A stretch of DNA of 59,534 bases, the filler included, from Basidiobolus meristosporus CBS 931.73 (taxonomy: Eukaryota; Fungi; Basidiobolomycota): NCBI GenBank assembly GCA_002104905.1. It is 3 parts of 3 records of this genome, joined end to end, with 100 filler letters (N's around TTAATTAATTAA, not from the genome) between each part and the next. Parts side by side here need not be neighbours in the genome. Positions count along the whole stretch, not along the records: positions 1 to 22,629 come from MCFE01000973.1; positions 22,730 to 48,536 come from MCFE01000924.1; 1 more part is not named here. The stretch is one strand, 5' to 3'. Below the pieces are notes generated by a model. The model was not told the origin of the DNA, did not search any database, and was given only the letters and a program-made list of their open reading frames with translations. The first letter of the stretch is position 1, and each line of letters begins with the position of its first letter. Both the position numbers and the translations under genes were made by a program. Below, piece by piece: positions 12,211 to 22,730 of the stretch.

Positions 12211-14781
12211 ATAAAGCAAGGAAAGCACTATTCTGAGCAACATAAGTAAGATTGAGTAAAATTACCAGTAACTGTATCATACCACTGGCATCATGGTAGA
12301 AATTATAGTGCCAGATGGTGCCGTAGAGTGCCAGATTGATCCGGCACTATAAACAGGCTGGCACTATGTGGCACTATCCAATGGAACAAGTCTAATCTGT
12401 CCAACAGGTTATGTATTTGAAGTAGTGGACATATGTCCTTCTGGGTGACGGCGTTCAATTTTTGGTAGTTGATGCAAAAGCATTGCTTTCTGTCTTTCTT
12501 TGGGACTATCACTATGGGGGAGGCCCACAGGGACTGGCTCTCTGTAATGATGTTGTTTTTTAATAAAGTTTCAATTGTCTCTTTGATATAGTCTGTGTCA
12601 ATTTTTGAGTTCCTATAGGCTTTTTGCTTGATGGGATATTTGTTGGTGAGGTGGATTTGGTGATATACTCCAGGTATATTACCAATTACTTGGTTCTTAG
12701 AGAATACTTGGGTAAGCAAGCATATTCCTTCTAGGAACCTGTCTTGTAATGCAGGCGGTAGACTGGGGTCCACATCTAGTTTGGGGAGTTCTTCTTCTGG
12801 TTCCTTGTTTGTAGGTGGTCCTTGGTTGTTTTTGTTGACTTCCTCTAGGTTTAACAATGGCACTCCTCTAGGCAATGTCACTGTGTGTTGCCTGTTGTTA
12901 ACCACTAAGCACTTCAGACCTTGCATTTCAAATTTTGGTGGTATCCATACTTTAGGGATCAAGATTCCTTCTAGTTTCTTGGATGCCTTCACTGCAGTTA
13001 TCATTCTTCCGCTTGTTGAATAAGGTATTGGTGTCTCTAATGAGATCACTGTCTCACTGGTGGGTGGTATTTTTATCACCTTTTGTGTGATGATTGGAGA
13101 CTGCAACAGTTTCACCTCTTCAATTGTCACGCTGTTGCTATGCACCTTGCTCTCATTGGTGATATGAATCAATGGGATACTGTTGGTATCCCACCTGAGT
13201 TCAGATGCACTGTAAAGTATATCCATCTTATGTTGGATGAACCAACTCTCACCAATGAGTAAGCCGTTGACTGTGGCAGGTTGAACCACAACATCTTGGT
13301 GTATAATCAAGTTGCCTAGCCAGATGGGGCAATTAGGCACCACCCCTACTGTTGTGTCCAGTTGGTTGTTTGCTAGCTGTACCCAAATGGTGTCATTGGG
13401 GACTATATCTAACTGTGGATGTTTTGCTAATGATTCTGAAATGATCAACATAGAGGATCCTGTGTCAATAAGGGCAAGAATCTCCTTATTCTCTCTGCAT
13501 ACCTTTATGTATGTACCTTTATTTGGTTTTTGCAGGACTATCTGGTTGACATGTAGAGTTGTTATCTCCTTCAATCCCTCTATCAATTCCTTGACTAGAG
13601 CCAGGGCCAGTCCCAGTAAATTGGCTATTGGGAGGGTTGCCTTGGTTTGCTTTAGTACTTTCATTATGGGGAATAGGCCATGGGAAGACGTATTAGCATT
13701 CTTTGTTTGCTTCAACACTTCTTCCTAAGGCTTATTCTGCACCTCCTCACCTAATTCCGCGTTCTTTCCTCTTGACAGAACCTCTACTACAGGTTTCTTT
13801 GCCTCCTCTGTAGAAGCATCATGTTGACACTTCTTCTTCCATACTTCAACTATTCTGACTGGAGGGCTTAAATTGACTGAGTCCTGTTGGCCTCCTGGCA
13901 AGGGACTCTGTCTTTTGATGCCTTCTTCTCTTTTGTGTCTGGTACAGGTTCTTGTCCGTACCATTTTTCACAATTTTGGGCTTAGTGGCCTACTTCTCCA
14001 CATACATAACACAGGTACTGTTGTTGCGGTTGTTCCATCTGTTTGGTCAGGGCTTGTACCTGGGCCTTTAAATCTACAACTGCTTCCCAGAGTTTATCAC
14101 CTTCTTTGGGGACTTCTTGGACATTGTTGATCAAGAGTTCTTGGACCTTTTGCCATAATTTCTCTAACTCACAGTCTTTTGGGGAGGCAATTTCTCCTTT
14201 CTTACAGGGGATGCCTGTCCCTTGATCAATTGTATCACTATAGGGTAGCCCCCATAGCAAGATGACCCCTTGTACTTGTTTGACCAACTCTTGCAACATT
14301 TTACATCCCTGTTGTTCTTTGGATGCCCTACATCTTATTTTGTTGTCTAAGCCCATGATATAATACCTCATGAGCTGTTGTTTGGCAATTTTGTCTTTTG
14401 GGAGACATCAAACTTGTTGGAGAAACAGTTCAGTGTAGACTTCATAGCTATCACTGCTTTTCTTCCATGAGGACAGTAAAAGGGCTTTGTAGTGGTATCC
14501 TTTGGAATATAGAAAGCGTGTCTTGTAGGCTTCTTCTAGTGCATCCCAGTCATCTTTAACTGCATCTTCCAACCAATAATACCATTGCCATGCTGACCCT
14601 TCCATATGTCTTGCAAGCTCCATTACTTTGTTACTGTTGTCCCATCCTGCATCAACCGCAACTCTCTCAAACTTATTGAACCACTCAAGGGCTTTCTCTC
14701 TTGTTCCCTTGAACGTTTTTAGTTTGATTAGAGTAGTCATTACCTCACATGTGCTTATTTCTGCAGAGATAGCACCAAATA

Positions 14782-15128
14782 TGTGGGTTATTACTGACTT
14801 TACTTGGTGAGCAGGAGAGCTTGTAGGTCAATTCAGTACCACTTGGTTCAGAATAGCTTCCAATAGAAGGTAGCAAGGTAATAAAGACTTGTGTTTATTC
14901 CATCCAAATCCCCTTCACTTGGTTCAATTGGGTACAAATAAATATAATTTGGGGGGCTTAGATAACAGACAATGTGTTATAAAATAGGGGTGTGAGCACC
15001 TTCCTGTTATGGTAAGTGTTCTAACTAGAAAAGGGCAGGGATAGGAGGGAGGGCGCATGGGGGAATCATAGGGAGGATACTGGGGAGCGCTCTTGGGCAA
15101 AGAGTGGATACTGCATTTAGTACTCACA
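14782..15128 (-). repeat. 5' LTR of gypsy G1 (347 bp), followed by a TGG-type PBS
   Basis: Minus strand reads TGTGAG...CCCACA, then TATTTGGTGCTATC, then gag. Homologous to the solo LTR at 28463-28838. Confidence 0.85.
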
Positions 15129-15910
15129 TTGCTTGTTGAGTGTGGGGTTGGGCTTAATGTTAGTCTAGGGTATAGAGACTTGTATATGTCAATACAATTA
15201 GCAATTGAGGTACTACTGAAGTTTCAATGGAAATAAATCAATTTCTACGCATGAAAAGTAAGAGAAATGGTTGAGTCAGCAAGTAAGGAGTGTGAAAAAG
15301 AGGCAATAGCCAATCAATTCATACAAACATAGGAGGCAATAGCCAATCAATTCACACTAACATAGGAGGCAATAAAGTGTCTGAGAGCAGAAAGTGAGCA
15401 AATTGGCAGGGAACCAATCAAAAGCCACTTATACATTGTTGTGATGAAAATATTTGACCAAGTTTTTTGTGAAATCTGGGGTGCAATTATTTTTCAACAG
15501 TCTCTAGATGGTGTCCCAACGGGATCAGTACCTCTTAGTCATGGGACTCTAACTTTGCAATGACCTTTTGATGGGATCTTCTCAATAAACTTTCATAGGG
15601 TACTGTAAAGGAGCAATTTTATGGAATTCAAGAAAGCAACACCTAAATATTCACCTAACTTAGTCACTTGGATCATTACCATCAAACTTAGAGAATACTG
15701 ACCAAATTCCTTGTTGGGATTTACTAAGAATTTTTTCACCAAAATACCAGGTACCCAGAACATGAAAATTCTCAAAGTTGTCCAAACAGCCCCAAACCTT
15801 GCACACATGTTCTTGGGACCTTTTTTAACCTATTCTATGTGTTTATAGTGCCAAGACCAGGTAGAAGTATAAATGCTACTTTTACATTCAATAAATCATT
15901 AAGTGAAAAC

Positions 15911-18900
15911 TGTTTGAAGAGTCTTGGAGATATTGGAAGTGATTGGGAGAACAAGTAGATTATGTGGTTTTCACTTAATGATTTATTGAATGTAAAAGTA
16001 GTATTTATACATTTACCTGGTCTTGGCATTACAAAGATGTAGAATTGGTTAAGGAAGGTCCCAAGAACATGTGTGCAAAGTTTGGGGCTGTTTGGACAAC
16101 TTTGAGAATTTTCATGTTCTGGGTACCTGGTATTTTGGTAAAAAAATTCTTAGTAAATCCCAACAAGGAATTTGGTCAGTATTCTCTAAGATTTGATGGT
16201 AATGATCCAAGTGACTAAGTAAGGTGAATATTTAGGTGGAATTCAAATTTTTACAACACTCCCACTCGGCTAAATGTTCATACTGACTAGTCCTAATTTT
16301 GACCTAAGATATTCAAACTTGTCTCTAGCTAATGGTTTGGTAAATATGTCTGCAATCATTTCATCTGTAGGACAGTAAACTAAGCTAACTAAGTTATTCT
16401 CTGTAGCTTCACATATGAAATGATGTCTAATACCTATGTGCTTGGTTCTAGCATGAAAAGTTGGATTTCTACCTAATTGTATACATCCTTGATTATCTTG
16501 AAATAAAGTAATAGGCGTTTTTGACATAGGCCTAAATCTGCAAACAGCTTTCTTAACCACATTGCTTCTTTTGTAGCTTCACAGGCTGCCATATACTCTG
16601 CCTCTGTGGTGGAAAGTGCTACAGTTGGGTGCTTTCTTGAATTCCATGAAATTGCTCCTTTACAGTAAAGAAAGGTGTATCATGTGGTGGATCTTCTGTC
16701 TTCTAAATTTTGTCCCCAATCAGCATCAGAGTATCCCACAAGATCCTGTTCTGAATCCTTATAGGTATATCTTAAGCAGATATCAGCAGTTCCTTTTAGG
16801 TATCTAAAAATCTGCTTAACTGCTGCAATATGATCGGATCCATAGTTCTGATTATGTTGGCTGACAACTCCCACTGAATATAAGATATCTGGACGTGTTC
16901 CAAGCATGATATACACTAGACTGCCAATCATAGATTGATAAGGACAGTCAGGGCTTTCAAATGGCACCAAGCTCTCTTGATTTGGTTGAGTTTTGACCAA
17001 GTTAAGGTTTGTCTCCATTGGGGTAGCTGCTGGTTTACAGTCTTCCATTTTGTACTTCTTTAGTATATCTTGAATATACTTGGATTGGCTTAGGGTGATA
17101 GTCTGGGTACTTCTGTCTATGGAGAGCTTAATCCCTAAGTAATAACTAAGTTCTCCTAGATCGGACATCTTCAACTCCTTAGATAGGCTGGATTTAGTCT
17201 CTTCCAATGTTTCTAGGTTATTGGCGGCTATAATAAGATCATCCACATATAGAGCTAATAGAACTTGATTTTCTCTATCTGGCTTATAGTATATACTATA
17301 GTCAGCATTACTCCTTTTGAAACTCAAAGATTCCAAATAAGAATGTATCTTGCAATTCCAGGCTCTCAGTGATTGTTTGAGACCATATAGTGACTGTTTA
17401 AGCTTGCAGACCAAATGGGGGTGATCTTATTCAACAAACCCATCAGGCTGATCCATATACACGTCTTCATCAAGTTCTTCATTCAAAAAGCAGTTTTTAC
17501 ATCCATTTGATGAATAAAAAACTTATATTTTGCTGCTATAGCCAAAATTAATCTGATGGAATTAAACTTGGCTACCGGTGCAAAGGTCTCAGTATAGTCA
17601 AGTCCTTTTGTTTGAGAGTATCCTTTGGCTACAAGTCTTGCTTTGTATCTGGCAATTGTACCATCAGCCTTGTATTTTGTCTTGAAGACCCATCTGCATC
17701 CAATTGATTTTTGGTTGATTGGTAATTTGACTAAGTCCCAGGTTGGATTTTCCATCAGTGCCTGATATTCCTCAGTCATTGCAGATCTCCAAAACTTTGT
17801 CTGAGGGCTATTTAGGGCCTCTTTTACAGTCTGGGGTTCATCAATATTGACTGAATAGGCATAGGCTAAGTTTGTAACCTCATTGATATAGTAATTTGGG
17901 CTATTTCTTGTCCGATTTGATCTCCGGGCATTTGATACTGGAATGATCACTTCTGGGATATTACTTGGCACTGATTCTAGCTGAACCACGGTTGTAGAGT
18001 CCTCGGGAGGAAAAAATTTTCATTGCTTTGCTCTGATTCAATCCTGACAATTGGTGGACTTGAGATCAAATTTCTGTCATCATCTGATGTCATTTTTTGT
18101 GAAAATTTTGAGTTTTCATCAAACAACACATCCCTGGACTTGATCAGCTTCTTTGCTCCGGTATTGTAGAGTCTGTATGCTCTACTCTCATTGCAGTAGC
18201 CCAAAAATATGCATTTTACACTTTTTGGCTCAAATTTTGACTGATTTCCAGCCAGTTTTTGGGCATATGCTGCACACCCAAATATTCTTAGATGTTCTGC
18301 ACTTGATCTGTATCCATACCATGCTTCAAATGGAGTAGAATCACAAAGTATTCTGTTATAACTCCTATTTTTAAGATATATAGCAGTGGCAACTGATTCT
18401 GCCCAAAAATCATAGGATAATTTTTGATCATGGATCATAGATCTTGCAATATCAATTATTGATCTGTTAGCTTGTTCTGCTACTCCATTTTGCTGTGGGG
18501 AGTATGGTACAGTAGTCTCTTGCTTTATCACATGGATTTTGCAGAAGTGGATGAAGAGTTTTGAGGTATATTCTCCACCATTGTCAGAACATATTTTCTT
18601 GATTTTTTCACCAGTTTCTCTCTCCACCATGGCTTTAAACTCCCTGAACTTAGACAGAGCTTCTTCCTTTTCCTCCATGAAGTAGACCCATGAGTATCTT
18701 ATATAATCATCAATAAAAGTGATTAAATACTTCATCCCGCCTAAGGATAAATTTTGCATAGGTCCACACAGATCTGAGTAAATTAGATCTAATTTTTTCT
18801 TAGTTTTGATGAGCCCAGAGCTCTTGAACGGTTGTCTGGCTTGTTTCCCATATATGCAGGCTTCACAGTGCTCCAAATTAGCTGGGGGATCAATTTTCAC

Positions 18901-20591
18901 TCCAGAAATTAGCTGATCTTTGATCATTTTACGCAAATAATCAAAATTGATGTGTCCAAATCTCCTGTGCCAAAGCATTGGTGTTTCTTCAGTTAAGTTA
19001 CTTATATTGGCTTCCAAATATGATGGAATACAAGTCAACTTGTATAGATTCTGTTCTCTGATGCCCAAAGCAATATGGGCACCATTTTGATCAGTGATCC
19101 TGCATCCAGAATTGTCAATACTGAAACTGAGTCCTTCTGCTGTGGCCTTGCTTACAGAGAGTAGGTTCTTGGCTATTTCTGGTACATAGAGTACTTCTTT
19201 AAAGGTCAGTGTATGGCTTCCTTCACTGCTTCTAAGGTTTACTTGGATAGTTCCTTCTCCCACTGCATCAAGTGTTCTATTGTCACCCATGAAAACCTTC
19301 TTAATTGGAATTTCTTGATATTGGGTAAAAAGTTCTTTTTGGTGTGTAAAGTGTTGAGATGCTCCAGAGTCCATACATCATGTCTGAGAATCCTTGTTTG
19401 TAGTCATATTTAGTGCAGATATGAATAGTCTATCTTTATTTGTTGCAGCATTTCCATATTCAGGCTTCTTTTGCTGATAATCTCTCTTTTTGAGACACCG
19501 GTCTGATGTGTGTCCTTTCCTTTTGCAGTAGTTACAAAACAGGTTGCTGTTGCCTTTGTAGGGTCTTTGGTACCTCCTTTGTTGGTTATCATTGCTTATT
19601 AAAGCATTTTCTTCTTCCGTCTTATTGGCGCTTGTTTTTCTTAATTCTTCATCCAGGAGCCTTCCATATACGTAATTTAAGGTCAAATCTTCAGTTCTGG
19701 ACTCTAGGGCTGATACAAGGCCCTGAAACTTGTCTGTCAGGCTATTCAGAATGGTAACTATCACATCCTCATCAGTAGTTGGTACACCCACAGATTCCAT
19801 TTCATCTACCAGCATGGTAATTCTGTTAATTAGATTTTTCATTTCTTCTCCTGGCAGCATCTTTGTAGTAAAGAATTTTTGTCTCAGATACATTTTCTTA
19901 GCAGCTGAACATGACTGGTAGGTGTCTTCTAATGCCTTCAAGGCATTCTTTGCTGTTTTTGCTCTTGAGCATTGAATTAGCAATTTGTCCTTGACATTAA
20001 GGCAAATGCAGTTAAAGGCACTTTGTTCTTTCTTCTGGTACTTAAAGGCTTCCTCTCCCACGTTTTTAGGAGGGCATTCTTCTCCCATGACAATATCCCA
20101 AAGGCCTCTTTCTTGTAGCAGCATCTTCATCTTCACCTTCCACACTTGGTAGTTAGATCCATCCAACTTTTCAGCAGAGGGAAAAATTCCAGTAATAGCA
20201 GTAGTAGACATTGCAGAGAGTGACAGCTTGGGGCTCATAACCTGTTATAAGAGTCTTGGAGATATTGGAAGTGATTGGGAGAACAAGTAGATTATGAGGT
20301 TTTCACTAAATGATTTATTGAATGTAAAAGTAGTATTTATACTTTTACCTGGTCTTGGCATTACAAACATGTAGAATAGGTTAAGGAAGGTCCCAAGAAC
20401 ATGTGTGCAAAGCTTGGGGCTGTTTGGACAACTTTGAGAATTTTCATGTTCTGGGTACCTGGTATTTTGGGGAAAATATTCCAAGTAAATCCCAACAAGG
20501 AATTTGGTCAGTATTCTCTAGGATTTAAGGGTAATGATCTAAGAGACTAAGTTAGGTGAATATTTAGGTGGAATTACAAATTTTTACAACA
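15911..20591 (-). mobile_element. Full-length Ty1/copia copy A (4,681 bp) with both LTRs and a 5-bp TSD
   Basis: LTRs 15911-16258 and 20243-20591 (TGT...ACA, roughly 94% alike by eye). TSD AAAAC at 15906-15910 and 20592-20596. PBS 20231-20242, PPT AGTGGGAG 16259-16266. Confidence 0.95.
16270..20238 (-). pseudogene. Copia A gag-pol polyprotein, broken into five ORFs
   Basis: KLDGSNYQVW (gag), CNYCKRKGHTSDRC, DSGASQHF (protease), LWHRRFGH and DLCGP/DNGGEY/QQNGVAE (integrase), YVDDLII (RT), RTKHIGIRHHF (RNase H), in copia domain order. Confidence 0.92.
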
Positions 20592-22629
20592 AAAACCACA
20601 TAATCTACTTGTTCTCCCAATCACTTCCAATATCTCCAAGACTCTTATAACAGGTTATGAGCCCCAAGCTGTCACTCTCTGCAATGTCTACTACCACTAT
20701 TACTCAAATTTTTCCCTCTGCTGAAAAGTTGGATGGATCCAACTACCAAGTGTGGAAGGTGAAGATGAAGATGCTACTACAAGAAAGAGGCCTTTGGGAT
20801 ATTGTCATGGGAGAAGAATGCCCTCCTAAAAATGTGGGAGAGGAAGCCTTTAAGTACCAGAAGAAAGAACAAAGTGCCATTAACTGCATTTGCCTTAATG
20901 TCAAGGACAAATTGCTAATTCAATGCTCAAGAGCAAAAACAGCAAAGAATGCCTGGAAGGCATTAGAAGACACCTACCAGTCAATGTTCAGCTGCTAAGA
21001 AAATGTATCTGAGACAAAAATTCTTTACTACAAAGATGCTGCCAGGAGAAGAAATGAAAAATCTAATTAACAGAATTACCATGCTGGTAGATGAAATGGA
21101 ATCTGTGGGTGTACCAACTACTGATGAGGATGTGATAGTTACCATTCTGAATAGCCTGACAGACAAGTTTCAGGGCCTTGTATCAGCCCTAGAGTCCAGA
21201 ACTGAAGATTTGACCTTAAATTACGTATATGCAAGGCTCCTGGATGAAGAATTAAGAAAAACAAGCGCCAATAAGACGGAAGAAGAAAATGCTTTAATAA
21301 GCAATGATAACCAACAAAGGAGGTACCCAAGACCCTACAAAGGCAACAGCAACCTGTTTTGTAACTACTGCAAAAGGAAAGGACACACATCAGACTGGTG
21401 TCTCAAAAAGAAAGATAATCAGCAAAAGAAGCCTGAATATGGAAATGCTGCAACAATTGAAGCAAGACTATCAATATCTGCACTAAATATGACCACAAAC
21501 AAGGACTCTCAGACGTGGTATATTGACTCTGGAGCATCTCAACACTTTACACACCAAAAAGAACTTTTTACCCAATATCAAGAAATTCCAATTAAGAAGG
21601 TTTTCATAGGCAACAATAGAACACTTGATGCGGCGGGAGAAGGAACTATCCAAGTAAAGCTTAGAAGCAGTGAAGGAAGCCATACACTGACCTTTAAAGA
21701 AGTACTCTTTGTACCTGAAATAGCCAAGAACTTACTCTCTGTAAGCAAGGCCACAGCAGAAGGACTCAGTTTCAGTTTTGACAATTCTGGATGCAGGATC
21801 ACTGATCAAAATGGTGCCCATATTGCTTTGGGCATCAGAGATCAGAATCTATACAAGTTGACTTGTATTCCATCATATTTGGAAGCCAATATAAGTAACT
21901 TAACTGAAGAAACACTAATGCTTTGGCACAGGAGATTTGGACACATCAATTTTGATTATTTGCGTAAAATGATCAAAGATCAGCTAATTTCTAGAGTAAA
22001 AATTGATCCCCTAGCTAATTTGGAGCACTGTGAAGCCTACATATGTGGGAAACAAGCCAGACAACCATTCAAGAGCTCTGGGTTCATCAATACTAAGAAA
22101 AAACTAGATCTAACTCACTCAGATTTGTGTGGACCTATGCAAAATTTATCCTTAGATGAGATGAAGTATTTAGTCACTTTTATTAATAATTATACAAGAT
22201 ACACATTGGTCTACTTCATGGAGAGAAAGGAAGAAGCTCTGTCTAAGCTCAGGGGGTTTAAAGCCATGGTGGAGAGAGAAACCGGTGAAAAAATCAAGAA
22301 AATATGTTCTGACAATGGTGGAGAATATACCTCAAAACTCTTCATCCACTTCTGCAAAATCCATGTGATAAAGCAAGAGACTACTGTACCATACTCCCCA
22401 CAGCAAAATGGAGTAGCAGAACAAGCTAACAGATCAATAATTGATATTGCAAGATCTATGATCCATGATCAAAAATTATCCTATGATTTTGGGCAGAATC
22501 AGTTGCACTGCTATATATCTTAAAAATAGGAGTTATAACAGAATACTTTGTGATTCTACTCCATTTGAAGCATGGTATGGATACAGACCAAGTGCAGAAC
22601 ATCTAAGAATATTTGGGTGTGCAGCATAT

Positions 22630-22730
22630 NNNNNNNNNNNNNNNNNNNNNNNNNNNNNNNNNNNNNNNNNNNNTTAATTAATTAANNNNNNNNNNNNNNN
22701 NNNNNNNNNNNNNNNNNNNNNNNNNNNNNT
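22630..22730. other. Assembly gap with artificial TTAATTAATTAA linker
   Basis: N run with the 12-mer at 22674-22685, which gives stops in all six frames. Confidence 0.95.

Larger units (their letters stand above)
9032..12393 (+). mobile_element. PHIS-superfamily DNA transposon, copy 3 (3,362 bp, complete), inserted in gypsy G1 RT
   Basis: TIR AGACTTGTTCCAT at 9032 and ATGGAACAAGTCT ending at 12393, with AAT at 9029-9031 and 12394-12396. Removing it rejoins the RT as LDRL-IGAEY. Confidence 0.93.
7556..15128 (-). mobile_element. Degenerate Ty3/gypsy retrotransposon, family G1 (5' LTR, gag, protease, RT, RNase H, start of integrase), split by PHIS copies 3 and 2
   Basis: Motifs in gypsy order: gag 14408-14740, knuckle CYVCGEVGH, protease LIDTGSS, RT WASPIVIVPKK...LLDRL | IGAEY..SLDLISGYWQ...YLDNITIYS, RNase H TCDGSLTGIGAIL, integrase FYWEKM...CSTCKR...GINFVGPF. 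Many stops and frameshifts. Confidence 0.9.
15640..22629 (+). mobile_element. Ty1/copia copy B: 5' LTR split by copy A (15640-15910 plus 20597-20652), PBS, gag-protease-integrase running into the gap
   Basis: The LTR halves rejoin as AAGTGAAAAC-CACATAATC (compare 29219-29236). PBS GGTTATGAGCCC at 20653-20664. ORFs 20657-20998 and 21003-22523 are separated by a 1-bp insertion near 20980. Confidence 0.88.

Noticed and set aside
15300-15372. 33-bp tandem duplication GAGGCAATAGCCAATCAATTC...
   Set aside because: Only about 2.3 copies, in decayed sequence; ordinary slippage.
22674-22685. TTAATTAATTAA palindrome repeated at 48581-48592
   Set aside because: Artificial scaffolding linker embedded in N runs. 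Adjacency across the two gaps is therefore not proven.
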